From assembly GCF_006345805.1 (NCBI RefSeq), contig NC_043000.1, forward strand, positions 144,212,001 to 144,276,000: a stretch of DNA of 64,000 bases, given 5' to 3'. Of this stretch, positions 52,870-64,000 are shown in pieces. Numbering within the stretch: position 1 is the first letter of the stretch; each line of letters starts with the position of its first letter. The notes under the pieces are model-generated. The model made no database searches, was not told the origin of the DNA, and worked only from the letters and a program-made list of their open reading frames with translations. Origin of the DNA: Octopus sinensis. Lineage: Eukaryota. Both the position numbers and the translations under genes were made by a program.

Positions 52870-53420
52870 AGTGAGAGAGCAGTGCATGCCATCAAAGTGA
52901 CACTGGGGTAAAATATACGAAGCCCAATATACCCATCATGACTACCCGTCTGATAAGGGTACACCAGGCACATGCATCACAACCATATGTGCGCGACATG
53001 GTGATCTCATATCAAGATAAACAGCACATGACCTTGCAGGTGGGGCCCAGTTAGAATTTTCTTCAGGTTGAGTAGCCCATCCCGCTCAAAAGGTCCCTGA
53101 ATAAGGGTTGTTTAAGGATGTTGAAAGAACCACCCATGTTTCCAGAGGTGAATTATTCAAACCCCAAAGAATCCCTCTCAACACATGGCTATGATGCTCC
53201 CCCACTACATCTGCTCGTGATCAGAGATGCACATATCGTCAGCCACTAAGGGACATGGTCAACTGGTTAAGGTCAAACAACTGACAAGCAAATCTGTGGT
53301 ATTGAGCAGAATATTTGCTGTAGCCCATCTTTTATACCAAGACAAAACAGTGTACATGATAACACTTCCAATCAGTTAAGATCAGAAGCCATGAGATCCA
53401 CTGCCTGGTACTGCATCAGT
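52870..53420. mobile_element. About 550-bp non-coding, relatively GC-rich element embedded in (ATT)n
   Basis: Sharp boundaries against (ATT)n on both sides. No ORF of note, no TIRs and no clear tRNA head. Confidence 0.5.
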
Positions 53421-53421
53421 G

Positions 53422-53486
<65 letters not shown>

Positions 53487-53499
53487 TATTATTATTCTT

Positions 53500-56400
53500 A
53501 TTTTATAGCGTGCTTTCACTTCACTACCGAGCGCAGCTCTGTGTGCCTTGAGTATGTGCTGTGATTTGTTGTGATGCTCTGATGGTTATTGTATGGAAAG
53601 TGTTCTGCGTAGGATGTGTGCAGTGCCTATAGTGCAATTTGCTGTATGTTATATGTGTTTATAAGTCCTGGTGTTTTTGTTATGTATTTGTCTGAATATT
53701 TTTTTATCATGCCTAATGCACCTACTATGATAGCAATTGTTTCTGTTTTCAGATTCCACATTCTAGTTACCTCTATTTCCAGGTCTTTGTATTTTGAGAG
53801 TTTCTCCATTTCTTTTAGAGACACGTTGTCATCTGCCGGTATTGATACATCAATTAGAAAGCATTTTTTTTTTCTTCATGATCTCTGACAACTATATCTG
53901 GTCTGTTGGCCTTAATTTCTCTATCTGTGTGTATCGGCATATCCCAGAGTATGGTTGCTTTCTCGTTTTCTGTGACCTTTTCTGGTGTGTGCCTATACCA
54001 TCTTTTTTCTGTTGTTATTCCATAATGTCGGCATAGCTTCCAATGTATGTAGGTTCCAACCCTGTCATGTCTGTGAATATATTCCTTCTTAGCCAGGACT
54101 GGGCAGCTAGAGATAATATGATTTATTGTTTCTTGTCCATCTCCACATATTCTGCAGTTACTTGTAATATTTCTTTTCATTACATGTTTTTGGTAATTTC
54201 TGGTGGGGAGGCTTTGGTCTTGTGCTGCAATTAAAAATCCCTCTGTTTCTGCTTTGAGTCCTGAGCTTCTCAACCATTGCTGGGATTTTTCTTAGTCTAT
54301 TTCTTTTGCGTTTAGTTTAGTGCAGTATTTATCATGAAGGGACTTTTCTTGCCATCGTTTTATCATGGCTCGTTGCTATTCTATTTTTAGTTTGGATTTC
54401 ATTTGTTTTATAGCTTTTGTTGTTTCTTCATCATCTTCTTCTTCTTCTTTGTGTTTATTAGGTGGTATGATTTCTTGTTTGTATTTGTCAGCTTCCTTAA
54501 ATACTGAGAACAGTGTTTTGTTTTGCTCGTGTTTTGCTGCTATCTGGATCAGTTTTCCTTCCTTCTGAAGTAGGTATTTTTGCAGTCCTATGGTGGTTAT
54601 TTTATAGTAGTTTTCCAGCTGTATAAGGCCTCTACCACCTTCTATACGTTGTATATATAGTCTTTCTATGTCAGATTTTGGGTGATGCATCCTATATCCT
54701 GTCAGTATTTTTCTTGTTTTCCTATCTATTTTGGACAGTTCATTTCGTGTCCAGTTAAGGATATTGTAGCTGTAACTTATAACTGGGACAGCTAAAGTGT
54801 TGATACCTATTATCTTGTTTTTAGCATTGAGCTCTGTTTTTAGTATTGATCTAACTCGTCTATAATATTCTTTTTTATTTTCTCTTTCATTTGTGTGTGT
54901 TGTGTCTTATCTAGTTCATGGATTCCTAAGTATTTGTAAGTTTGGCTTTGGTCTAATTCTTTTATTTCATTGCTTTTATCTAGTGTGATGTTGTTACTGT
55001 TAACTAGTTTTCCTCTTTTCATGGTTACTTTGGCGCATTTTTCTAATCCAAATTTCATATCTATTTCTTTGGTAAATCCATGAACTGTCTTTAATAGTGT
55101 TTCCAGCTGTTTGTCATTTGCAGCGTATAGTTTTAGGTCATCCATATATAAAAGGTGGCTGATCGTTTTGGCCGTAACATTTATATCCGCATCCAGTTCT
55201 ATTTAGCATATCAGATAGAGGTGACAGTGCCAAGCAGAAAAGGAGTGGAGAGAGCGTGTCTCCCTGGAATATTCCTCTTCTAATGGGGATGTCTTTGGTT
55301 TTCATGAGTCCCTCTTTTGTTTGGAGGTGTAGGACTATTTGCCATTTATTCATAGAGTGCTCTATGAATTTTATGATTGTTGGTGCTACTTTTTTAATGG
55401 CTAGTGTTTCGAGGATCCAAGTGCTATCAAACGCCTTTTTGTAGTCAATCCAGGCCATACTGAGGCCTTTCTTCTTTTTGTGGCTGTCTTCAGTTACGGC
55501 TTTATTAATCATTAGTTGATCTTTACAGCCATATGAGCCCTTGCGGCATCCTTTCTGCTCTTCTGGGAACAGTTTGTTTTCGTCCAGGTGCTTGTTCAGC
55601 CTTTGCGATATCACTGCAGTAAATGCCTTGAACATAGTAGGGAGGCAGGTTATTGGTCTGTAGTTTTCTGGTTTTGTTGTTTCATTTGATTTGGGAATTA
55701 AGATGGTTTTCCCCTTCGTGAGCCATTCAGGCATTGTCTCTGGCTCTGCTAGTATGCTGTTAAAGTTTTCAGCCAGCTTTTTGTGCATTCCTGTTAGATA
55801 TTTCAACCAGAAGTTGGGGATCTTGTCATGCCCAGGTGCCTTCCAGTTGCTTGGTTTTTGCAGTGCCTGGGTGACCTCTTCAGTTGTTATGGGGGTCCAA
55901 AGTTGTTCAGATGCAGAGTTTGTTATTTTCATACTCCTTTTTTTTGGCTGTTCGTTCGCTGACCATATTTCTCTCCAGAATTCTTCCAATTCTTCTGCCG
56001 TTGGTGCTGCAGTGACTTCTATTTTATTTTTGCCCAGTTCTTGGTAGAACTTTTTGGGGTCGGAGTTGAACTTTTTGTTCTGTTCAAAGAAGCGTTGGTG
56101 TTTCTCGTACCGGCGGATCCTTTGAGCTTTGGCAAGGATATCTTGCTTCAGCTTTTCTTTTATCTCCGGCAAATCTTTTTCTGTGATGTTATATTTGCGG
56201 AGCATTTTTGTTCTCTTTTGTTGCTCAGTAGCGTTGCTTGTTTGCTGATTTCATTAAGAATCGACAGGTCTTTTCTAATTTTTTTATTTTGTTTTGGATG
56301 TTATTTATCCACAGGGTTTTTTGGGTGGTGTAGTAGTCCTGTTTGGGCGGGTTTGGGTGAGTATCCAGCTCCTTTTGTGGCTGCAGTGGCTGCTGCGTAT

Positions 56401-57410
56401 AATCAAGTCATTTAGTTCAGTGATATCACTTTTTTTTGTTTCAGTGGCTAGTTCAGTGACGGCTAGGTTTATGTTGTTTATAATTGGTGTTGTTATTGCG
56501 TTTATTTCTATCTTGGGAGGTATGGTCGGTGGTCCATTTTGGGCTCTGTGGTTTTCAGTTGTTTGATTATTTTATTTTTTATATTATCATAATCATTAGG
56601 CTCCCCTTCGTTGTTTACATCGTGTTTGTTGGGAATGTTGCGTTTGTCTTCGTGTTTTACAGTTTCAGTGTTTATATTATTGGGCATTGTTGTGTGGCTT
56701 CTATACACATTTTCCTGGTGTATTTTTTTAAATGTTCTATTTTATTTCTGATATTTTTTTGGCTTTGAGAATGTATCTTCGTACGTTAGCTAATTTATTA
56801 GGGTTCATTGCTGTATCCAAGTCTATATCTCTATTATTTTCCTTCCATATTTTATATGTATGTGTTGTTGTATTTTCATTTTGTGGGTAGAGCATTGCTG
56901 TGAAGTATGCGTGTAAGATAGAAATGTATTCCTCACGTGTCCATTTACGTCTTTTGGGTTTTAATTGCGGGACATGAGGTACAACGTCCGGCCCATTATT
57001 TTGACGGTCGTCATTTGCTGTTGTCACATTATTTCGCACGTGTAGTTTTTCGTACATTTTTTGTTGTAGGTTTATGTACGTACCGCTCGATTGTTTCTTG
57101 GGTTGAATAGTATCGGTGGCATTTAATTTCTTCGTAGTTCCTTTGTACATGGTGTTTGAGGTCGGGGATGATCGTGTTGTTCCACGCATGTTTACATGTG
57201 TTGTGTTAGAGGTGGAGATTATATCGAGTCAAAATACATCATTTCGTTCGAAAATAGTAATAAATTTCAATTAGTATTACTTACTCGGATATAGTCCAAT
57301 TCTTGTTAGTAATCTTTGGCTCCATAGGGTGTCCTTGTTTTCGATGTTTGTGGATAGATTTCGGAGCTCTGTATTTTCCTTCTTACATCTTAAACGTCCC
57401 CGGTGTCTCT
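53500..57410 (-). mobile_element. Near full-length R4/Dong-clade (RLE-type) non-LTR retrotransposon
   Basis: N-terminal RRKWTREE domain, RT (NYRPITCL, EQKGC, WIDYKKAFD, GIFQGD, YMDD), RLYxxRxEGGRGL, CCHC knuckle (CRICG..ETINHIISSC), RHD, RPDIV and KYKDL..IVGALG endonuclease motifs. (AAT)n lies at both ends. Confidence 0.95.
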
Positions 57411-57445
57411 TATTATTATTATTATTATTATTAATTATATTATCA

Positions 57446-57513
<68 letters not shown>

Positions 57514-57665
57514 TTGAGGTTTGCTTCGATTTTGTACAAGTTGATAACAATTCTCGTCCAGAGACAAGAAGATAGAAGTTTATATTGTTGTTATCCATTC
57601 GGAGCTCTGTATTTTCCTTCTTACATCTTAACTCCCGGTGTCTCTTATTATTATTATTATCATTA

Positions 57666-57731
<66 letters not shown>

Positions 57732-57820
57732 ATATGGAGGTTTGCTTCGATTTTGTACAAGTTGATAACAATTCTCGCCCAGAGACAAGAAGATAGAAGT
57801 TTATATTGTTGTTATCCATA
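57361..57820. repeat. About 240-bp tandem duplication spanning the junction of two R4/Dong elements
   Basis: The unit tcggagctctg..tctctt-(att)n-gaggtttgcttcg..ttatccat occurs twice. Confidence 0.9.
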
Positions 57821-58680
57821 GGGTGCCATATATATGGTTTTGCTCATAGAATGGTTCTAGAAAATATTTAAGAAAACATAAGAAAATTATGAGTTTGTTT
57901 CAAAACTTGAGATCACATTGATGTCTTATTCGGGCAGTTCTCATGAGCACTATCTTTTGAATTTCTGCTATTTTGGGGTTTCCTGGTATCTGAGCTATGC
58001 AGGAATCCGTCCCTTCTGCTATTATTCCTAATGCACCTATGACAATATATATTGCATTTTCTTGAGGTTCCACATTTTGCCAACTTCTATTTCAGGATCT
58101 TTATACTTGCTCTTTTCTAGGTAGGTGTTGACAGTTACATTTATGTTGATTGGGACAGTTATATAAATGAGTAGGCATGATATTTGTCTGAAGTTTTTCT
58201 GTATAATGTCTGGCCTATTCGCATCTATCTTTCTGTCAGCTTGAATGGTGATGTTCCAGAGGAACCAGATGTAGCCATTTTCAAGCACTGGGGGGGGGGG
58301 TTCCCACCAGCTTTTATCACGAGGGAGGTCCAGGATTTTGTAAATTACCCAGTGAATATATTGTGCAGCTCCATCGTGCCTGTTGAGGTACTCTGAAGGC
58401 ACAAGAAGACAACATGATCACTGTTCTAATTTTATTCTTTACATACACGACATGCTGAGCTACTGCCGTTCTTTAATATATTCGGCTGGTAGTTTCTTGT
58501 AGGTAGGCCCTGATCTTAGGCTGCTATGATAAAGCCTTCTGTTTTTGATTTTAAGCCAGACGACACTAACCATTGATGGGTAAGAGCTTTGTCAACACCA
58601 GCACAATTAGCTATGTTTGGGTATTTGCCATTGAGAGGCTTTTTCTTGCCATTTATTAGTACGAATATCTCTGCATTCAT
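57730..58680 (-). mobile_element. 3' fragment of another R4/Dong-clade subfamily
   Basis: YLNRHD..IHW..WNITIQADRKIDANRPDII..KYKDPEIE..GALG..IQKIVLMRTARI, then a 3' UTR and (AAT)n. Confidence 0.88.
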
Positions 58681-58739
<59 letters not shown>

Positions 58740-59344
58740 TTATTATTATTATCATTCGCATAAATAATGTTTATTTCAAATTCCTCTTATATTGATCATA
58801 AATTTATTTTATTTTCTACCCTTATCTTTAATGAAAAAAATTATTTTTATTCCCATGTCTTACGTACATAAATATTAATTTGTGTGGCATTTTTAATTTA
58901 TGCATGTAGACACTTATCTATTAATCTATTTACTGTCTTTGTATGTATGTATCTATGTATGTATGTATCTATCTATAAAGTTCTGCCTCGCTAAACTGAT
59001 ATATACGTGTGTGTGATTGTGCGTTTCTGCACGTGTGTGTGTTTGTGAAAGAGAGAGAGAGGGAGAGGGAGAGAAAGAGAGTGTGTGTGTATGTGTGTGT
59101 GCATGAGTGTGTGTGTGTGTGTGTGTGTGTGTGTTCGTGTGTGTGTGTGTGTATGCACATGCGGACATTGTAATTTTAATGAGAAATTACCTCTGAAAAA
59201 ACATTTAAAGAACGAAAGATCAAGAAAATGTGTAATGTTGACAATGTAGGTTAAATCGAAAGTGTGCCTTTATAAAAGTAATTTTACGTCCAATCAAACA
59301 AATTATACACGTACAAACGCAGAAACGTATATATATATATATGT

Positions 59345-59491
59345 ATATATATACATATATACGTTTTTTAATCCACTATATTAGATTATATATTCGCTTA
59401 CATGTTGCCCTTATTTTCTTTATATACTTCTCTCTCCTTCTGCTTTACATACGTTAGTATCCCAATATCCCAATATGTATATATATATCTA

Positions 59492-59541
<50 letters not shown>

Positions 59542-59785
59542 ATAGATATATATATATATATACTCTTTTACTCTTTTACTTGTTTCAGTCATTTGACTGC
59601 GGCCATGCTGGAGCAGCGCCTTTAATCGAGCAACTCGACCCCCCATATATACGTTTTTTAATCCACTATATTAGATTATATATTCGCTTACAAGTTGCCT
59701 TTATTTTCTTTATATACTTCTCTCTCCTTCTTGCTTTACATACGTTAGTATCCCAATATCCCAATATGTATATATATATCTATGC

Positions 59786-59816
<31 letters not shown>

Positions 59817-59820
59817 TATA

Positions 59821-59880
<60 letters not shown>

Positions 59881-59960
59881 TCTTTTACTCTTTTACTTGT
59901 TTCAGTCATTTGACTGCGGCCATGCTGGAGCAGCGCCTTTAATCGAGCAACTCGACCCCG
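59345..59960. repeat. About 300-bp tandem duplication including the SINE 3' end
   Basis: The unit acgttttttaatccac..cccaatat-(ta)n-ctcttttac..ctcgacccc occurs twice. Confidence 0.9.
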
Positions 59961-60277
59961 GGACTTATTCTTTTGTAAGCTCAGTAATTATTCTATCAGT
60001 CACTTTTGCCGAACCGCTAAGTAACAGGGACATAAACACATCAGCATCGGTTGTCAAGCAATGCTAGGAGGACAAACACAGACACACACACGCATACATA
60101 TATATACATATGTACGACGGGCTTCTTTCAGTTTCCGTCTACCAAATCCACTCATAAGGCTTTGGTCGGTGCCCGAGGTTATAGTAGAAGACACTTGCCC
60201 AAGTGCCACGCAGTGGGACTGAACCCGGAACCATGTGGTTGGTAAACAAGCTCTTACTACACAGCCACTCCTACGCC
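59879..60277 (-). mobile_element. Full-length CORE-type SINE
   Basis: Same family as 3696-4097. Confidence 0.9.
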
Positions 60278-60291
60278 TTTATATATATATA

Positions 60292-60336
<45 letters not shown>

Positions 60337-60521
60337 ATATCTATATATATTATATATATTTGGAGTAATGGTTCCTCAGAAGAACAAGATAATACAACAA
60401 AAATGCAAAATATACGATTCTTATGTAAAATTTATAATGAGTTTTCATTTTATTCTCACGTCCAAACTATATCTATATCTCTTTCTATATATATATGTAT
60501 ATATATATATATATAATATAT

Positions 60522-60555
<34 letters not shown>

Positions 60556-60733
60556 ATAATAAATATTAGGGAATATATCCAAATTTACAGGGAAAAAAAT
60601 CAGATTTAGGATTAAATCCAATTTTATAGTAAAATATTATAAAATATTATTTGAGACAAAACCACTATTTTGCAAAACAAACAAGGAAAGACTTAATCAA
60701 TACATAAAATTTAATAAATAGTCAAAAAAACCG

Positions 60734-60776
60734 CCACTACAATCGTTTCTTGTCTTGATCGACAATCTTCAGGTGG
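60734..60776 (-). ncRNA. Minimal type-I hammerhead ribozyme motif (H1)
   Basis: ccac-CUGAAGA-uuguc-gaucaa-gacaa-GAAA-cgauu-GUA-gugg. Confidence 0.8.
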
Positions 60777-60833
60777 ACTTCCAATAATTCAGTTACAAAT
60801 TAATGAGTAATTTGTAACTGAATTATTGGAAGT

Positions 60834-60875
60834 CCACCTGAAGATTGTCGATCAAGACAAGAAACGATGTAGTGG
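60834..60875 (+). ncRNA. Minimal type-I hammerhead ribozyme motif (H1), 1-nt deletion in stem III
   Basis: ccac-CUGAAGA-uuguc-gaucaa-gacaa-GAAA-cgau-GUA-gugg. Confidence 0.75.
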
Positions 60876-60960
60876 CGGTTTTTTTGACTATTTATTAAAT
60901 TTTATGTATTGATTAAGTCTTTCCTTGTTTGTTTTGCAAAATAGTGGTTTTGTCTCAATA

Positions 60961-60999
<39 letters not shown>

Positions 61000-61004
61000 C
61001 ACAC

Positions 61005-61440
61005 AGTGATATACATCTGGAAAATCCTGCAAGGTCTTGTCCCAAACTTTGGCATTCAAAGTTACCCCAACAGCAGAAAGGGGCGCCACTGCATGTTGTC
61101 AAATATTCCAACAATACCATCAAAATGCAGGACCAGATACCGCAACAGCTTGTGCTTCAGGGAACCACAGCTCTTCAATATCCTTCCTAAATGCCTAAGA
61201 GACCTGCGTGGTGTGGGTGTGGGTTACTTAAAACTAAACTGGATCTCTTCTTGTCAGGGGTCCCAGTTGAACCTACCTCTCGGCAGGAAACACAGATGCG
61301 GGCAGCGGCATCGAACTCCCTTGTTGATCAGGTGCTACGTATCAGAGGAGGTTTCAAATACTAGTGTAGTTTATTCAACTGTGGTGCCACAGCATGGTCG
61401 CAGCCTTCGGGCTGGAACATTTTATGGATTTTAAGGATTT
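61005..61440 (+). mobile_element. 3' fragment of a third CR1-group LINE subfamily
   Basis: IYIWKILQGLVPN..SLCFREPQLFNILPKCLRD..LDLFL. The 3' stem-loop is CAGCC-TTCG-GGCTG, followed by an (ATTTTAAGG)-like tail. Confidence 0.88.
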
Positions 61441-61489
61441 ATATATATACATCTATACATATATACATACATAGAGAGAGAGAAAGACA

Positions 61490-61840
<351 letters not shown>

Positions 61841-63839
61841 AGGCAAAAATATTAAAAACATATAATTAGTTAAAATTATCAACTTATGCTCAATGGAGTG
61901 AAGTAAAAATTTGTATAACATTCTTCGGATTGAACTTGGAAAAAGATATAATTACTATTGACAAATTTACTTTGAAATATTTTAGTACTCTCAATAATTG
62001 GTGCTCTTAAATTCTTAAATCCGTGACAGATATTTCGAAAAAATATTACATAGTCAAAAATGTAAAGATTGAATTACCTGCTGATATTTTTAAATTTGGC
62101 AAAATGTATTAAATTTTATTAAATTTTATTATAACATTTTTTTTATTATTCCAGTTTAAACGTAGAAAGAGACGTGTCATTGATTTATTTCTTCTTATTC
62201 TTGTCAATAGACAGTATACAATGATTTTCTGGGCAAATTTCGGGGTTACGTTTGTGAAGATTTCCTTGAAAAAATCCTAAGAATGATCCTTTTTTTTCAG
62301 AAAACAATTGCACAAATGAATTTTACGGAGTGATTGTGGGAAATGATGCAGTTGTTGTGGAGAACTGCTTTTAGTATAGGCTTAAAATTTAGGTTAGAAC
62401 ATGTTGGGAAACGTTTAGTTAAACGGATGATATTTTCTGACTCTAAAATCCGTATATTCTAGCAGGAAATATTATTTTGCAATTTTATCTTACAAATCTT
62501 AAACTCTTGATAATTTATTTTGATTAAAGTACGCGGTCAACGAATTTGATCGAAATTATCTATATTAAGGAAATGTATATCTAAACGTCTAAGTATTCTA
62601 ACTTTCCTTATATTAAGGCTACTTGAGGGCAATCATCTTCTGACACTCTCTAATCTCCCTCATCAATACGTGGAGTGATTTGCAAAACAATTCAGTGGTT
62701 TTAAATCCATATTGATTTTATAGAACAAAAAATGTTATCATAATATTGTTCTAATATTTGTAAAATTCCTTCAATGTAACTCCCATTAAAATTACTAATG
62801 AAAGAAAACCAAAAGAATCACTCGAGTAAATGGAGAGACTTTCAAATCACTCCAAAGTTGTCTCACAACATCAAGCTAAACATCCATAATTCCTTACAAC
62901 TTTCACTTATATCATAAATCCGACAGAGAGGCAGATTGTCGTATCCGGAATATTTAATTGAACATGTAATAACAATGCCTTGAGGAAAACAATCAGTCCA
63001 TTCAGACTGCCATTTGTTTTGTAATCCAGTTTCAATTTATGTGACAGTAGTAACAGTTTCCAATTACGTATCAGTAATAATGGTACCAACAATTTCAGGA
63101 TAGGAGTAAGTCGATTAAATTGACCCCAATATACAACTGGTTCTTTGTTTTCGACTCCGAATGGATCAAAACAATGTAGACCTCGACGGAATTTCAACTT
63201 AGAAGGTGGAGCTGTTAAGTATTTTACGCACGAATCTGCCTTTTATGTTATAGTGTATTAATGGCGGTCGTGACAATTTTATTTTTATTCACTTAAAACT
63301 CCGACACCCAAAATCATTATTTATTTCAGAATATCCCTTGATATGTATGAATTTATTGTAACTGATGAAGCACACCCTCTTTTATCCCTCTTCTCCTTTT
63401 TTGCAGAAAAAAAATCTGAATTATATTTCAATTCTGAATTATGACTGTCAAGATCATTAGATTGTAACTTGGAGTGTGTAATTTTAATTGACAATCATGC
63501 TAATAGATTCTACGTAAAATGAAGCAGAGTTCGTATGGATAAGAAACGAACCACCAGTCCACAGAACGTGATTCGTTTTTAACTATTTTTAATTTTCGTT
63601 ACAATTAAACAATAACATGTTTCCAAAAGTATTATCGTCATTTGTTTCGAATTACAATTAAACACTTCAAAATTAATATAATATATTCGATGGTAATATT
63701 TTAATACGTTGCTTTACAAATATTCCAATGTGAATAGCTTTAGAAAATTAAAAAATATTCAATGTGAAGTATATATTAATGAGAATGCAATTAGCATTAT
63801 AATAGATTTTGTACAGAGATGTTGTGTATTTTTCGCTAA

Positions 63840-63985
63840 TTCTTTTATTCTTTTATTATTTTCAGTTATTCGCCTGCAGCCGTGCTGAACCACCGCCTTA
63901 AAGTGTTTTAGACGAAGAAATTGTGCCCAGGACTTATTCTTAAGTCTAGTACTCATTCTATCCGTCGCTTTTGACGAACCACGTC
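63840..63985 (-). mobile_element. Diverged SINE 3' fragment
   Basis: ttcagttattcgcctgcagccgtgctgaaccaccgcc..ggacttattc..agtactcattctat. Confidence 0.75.
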
Positions 63986-64000
63986 TCTTTTGTTACGGAG

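Larger units (their letters stand above)
60561..60970. mobile_element. H1 element with an internal near-perfect palindrome (arms 60638-60802 and 60808-60970, 5-nt loop ATGAG)
   Basis: The arms differ by two single-base indels. The left-only extension 60561-60637 also occurs in the 23.5 kb copy. Confidence 0.92.

Noticed and set aside
52870-53420. U2 snRNA-derived head in the AAT-embedded element
   Set aside because: Only a few scattered bases match. There is no branch-point recognition sequence or Sm site in register.
60360-60390. CTGAGGA in the 240-bp outer inverted repeat as a hammerhead
   Set aside because: No GAAA box follows, and the other copy reads CTGCGGA.
63360-63420. CTGATGA...GAAA as a hammerhead
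   Set aside because: No stem II, no stem I and no NUH triplet.

Overview
AT-rich eukaryotic genomic DNA, dense in microsatellites and transposons. It is most likely a coleoid cephalopod (Octopus-like), inferred from the tRNA/CORE-type SINE family and the extreme (TA)n/(AAT)n load. I could not identify any intact host gene; there are only two weak exon candidates. The window holds CR1-group LINE copies, a co-oriented nest of R4/Dong-clade (RLE-type) non-LTR retrotransposons sitting in (TAA)n tracts (44.5-58.7 kb), decayed RTE, Tc1/mariner/maT and Gypsy fragments, and several SINE families. The main unexplained signal is a set of small non-coding elements, mostly flanked by (TA)n. Three of the four element loci that carry a full core are long inverted repeats or near-perfect palindromes (30.7, 49.3, 60.6 kb); a fourth is bounded by direct repeats (10.6-11.1 kb), and 9.1 kb holds a single-arm copy of the 60.6 kb family. 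They carry minimal type-I hammerhead ribozyme motifs with self-complementary stem III, which is the dimer-type architecture known from Penelope-like elements and retrozymes. At least three mutually dissimilar families occur. All folds were assigned by eye and none is shown to be active. Coordinates of decayed elements are approximate (tens of bp).
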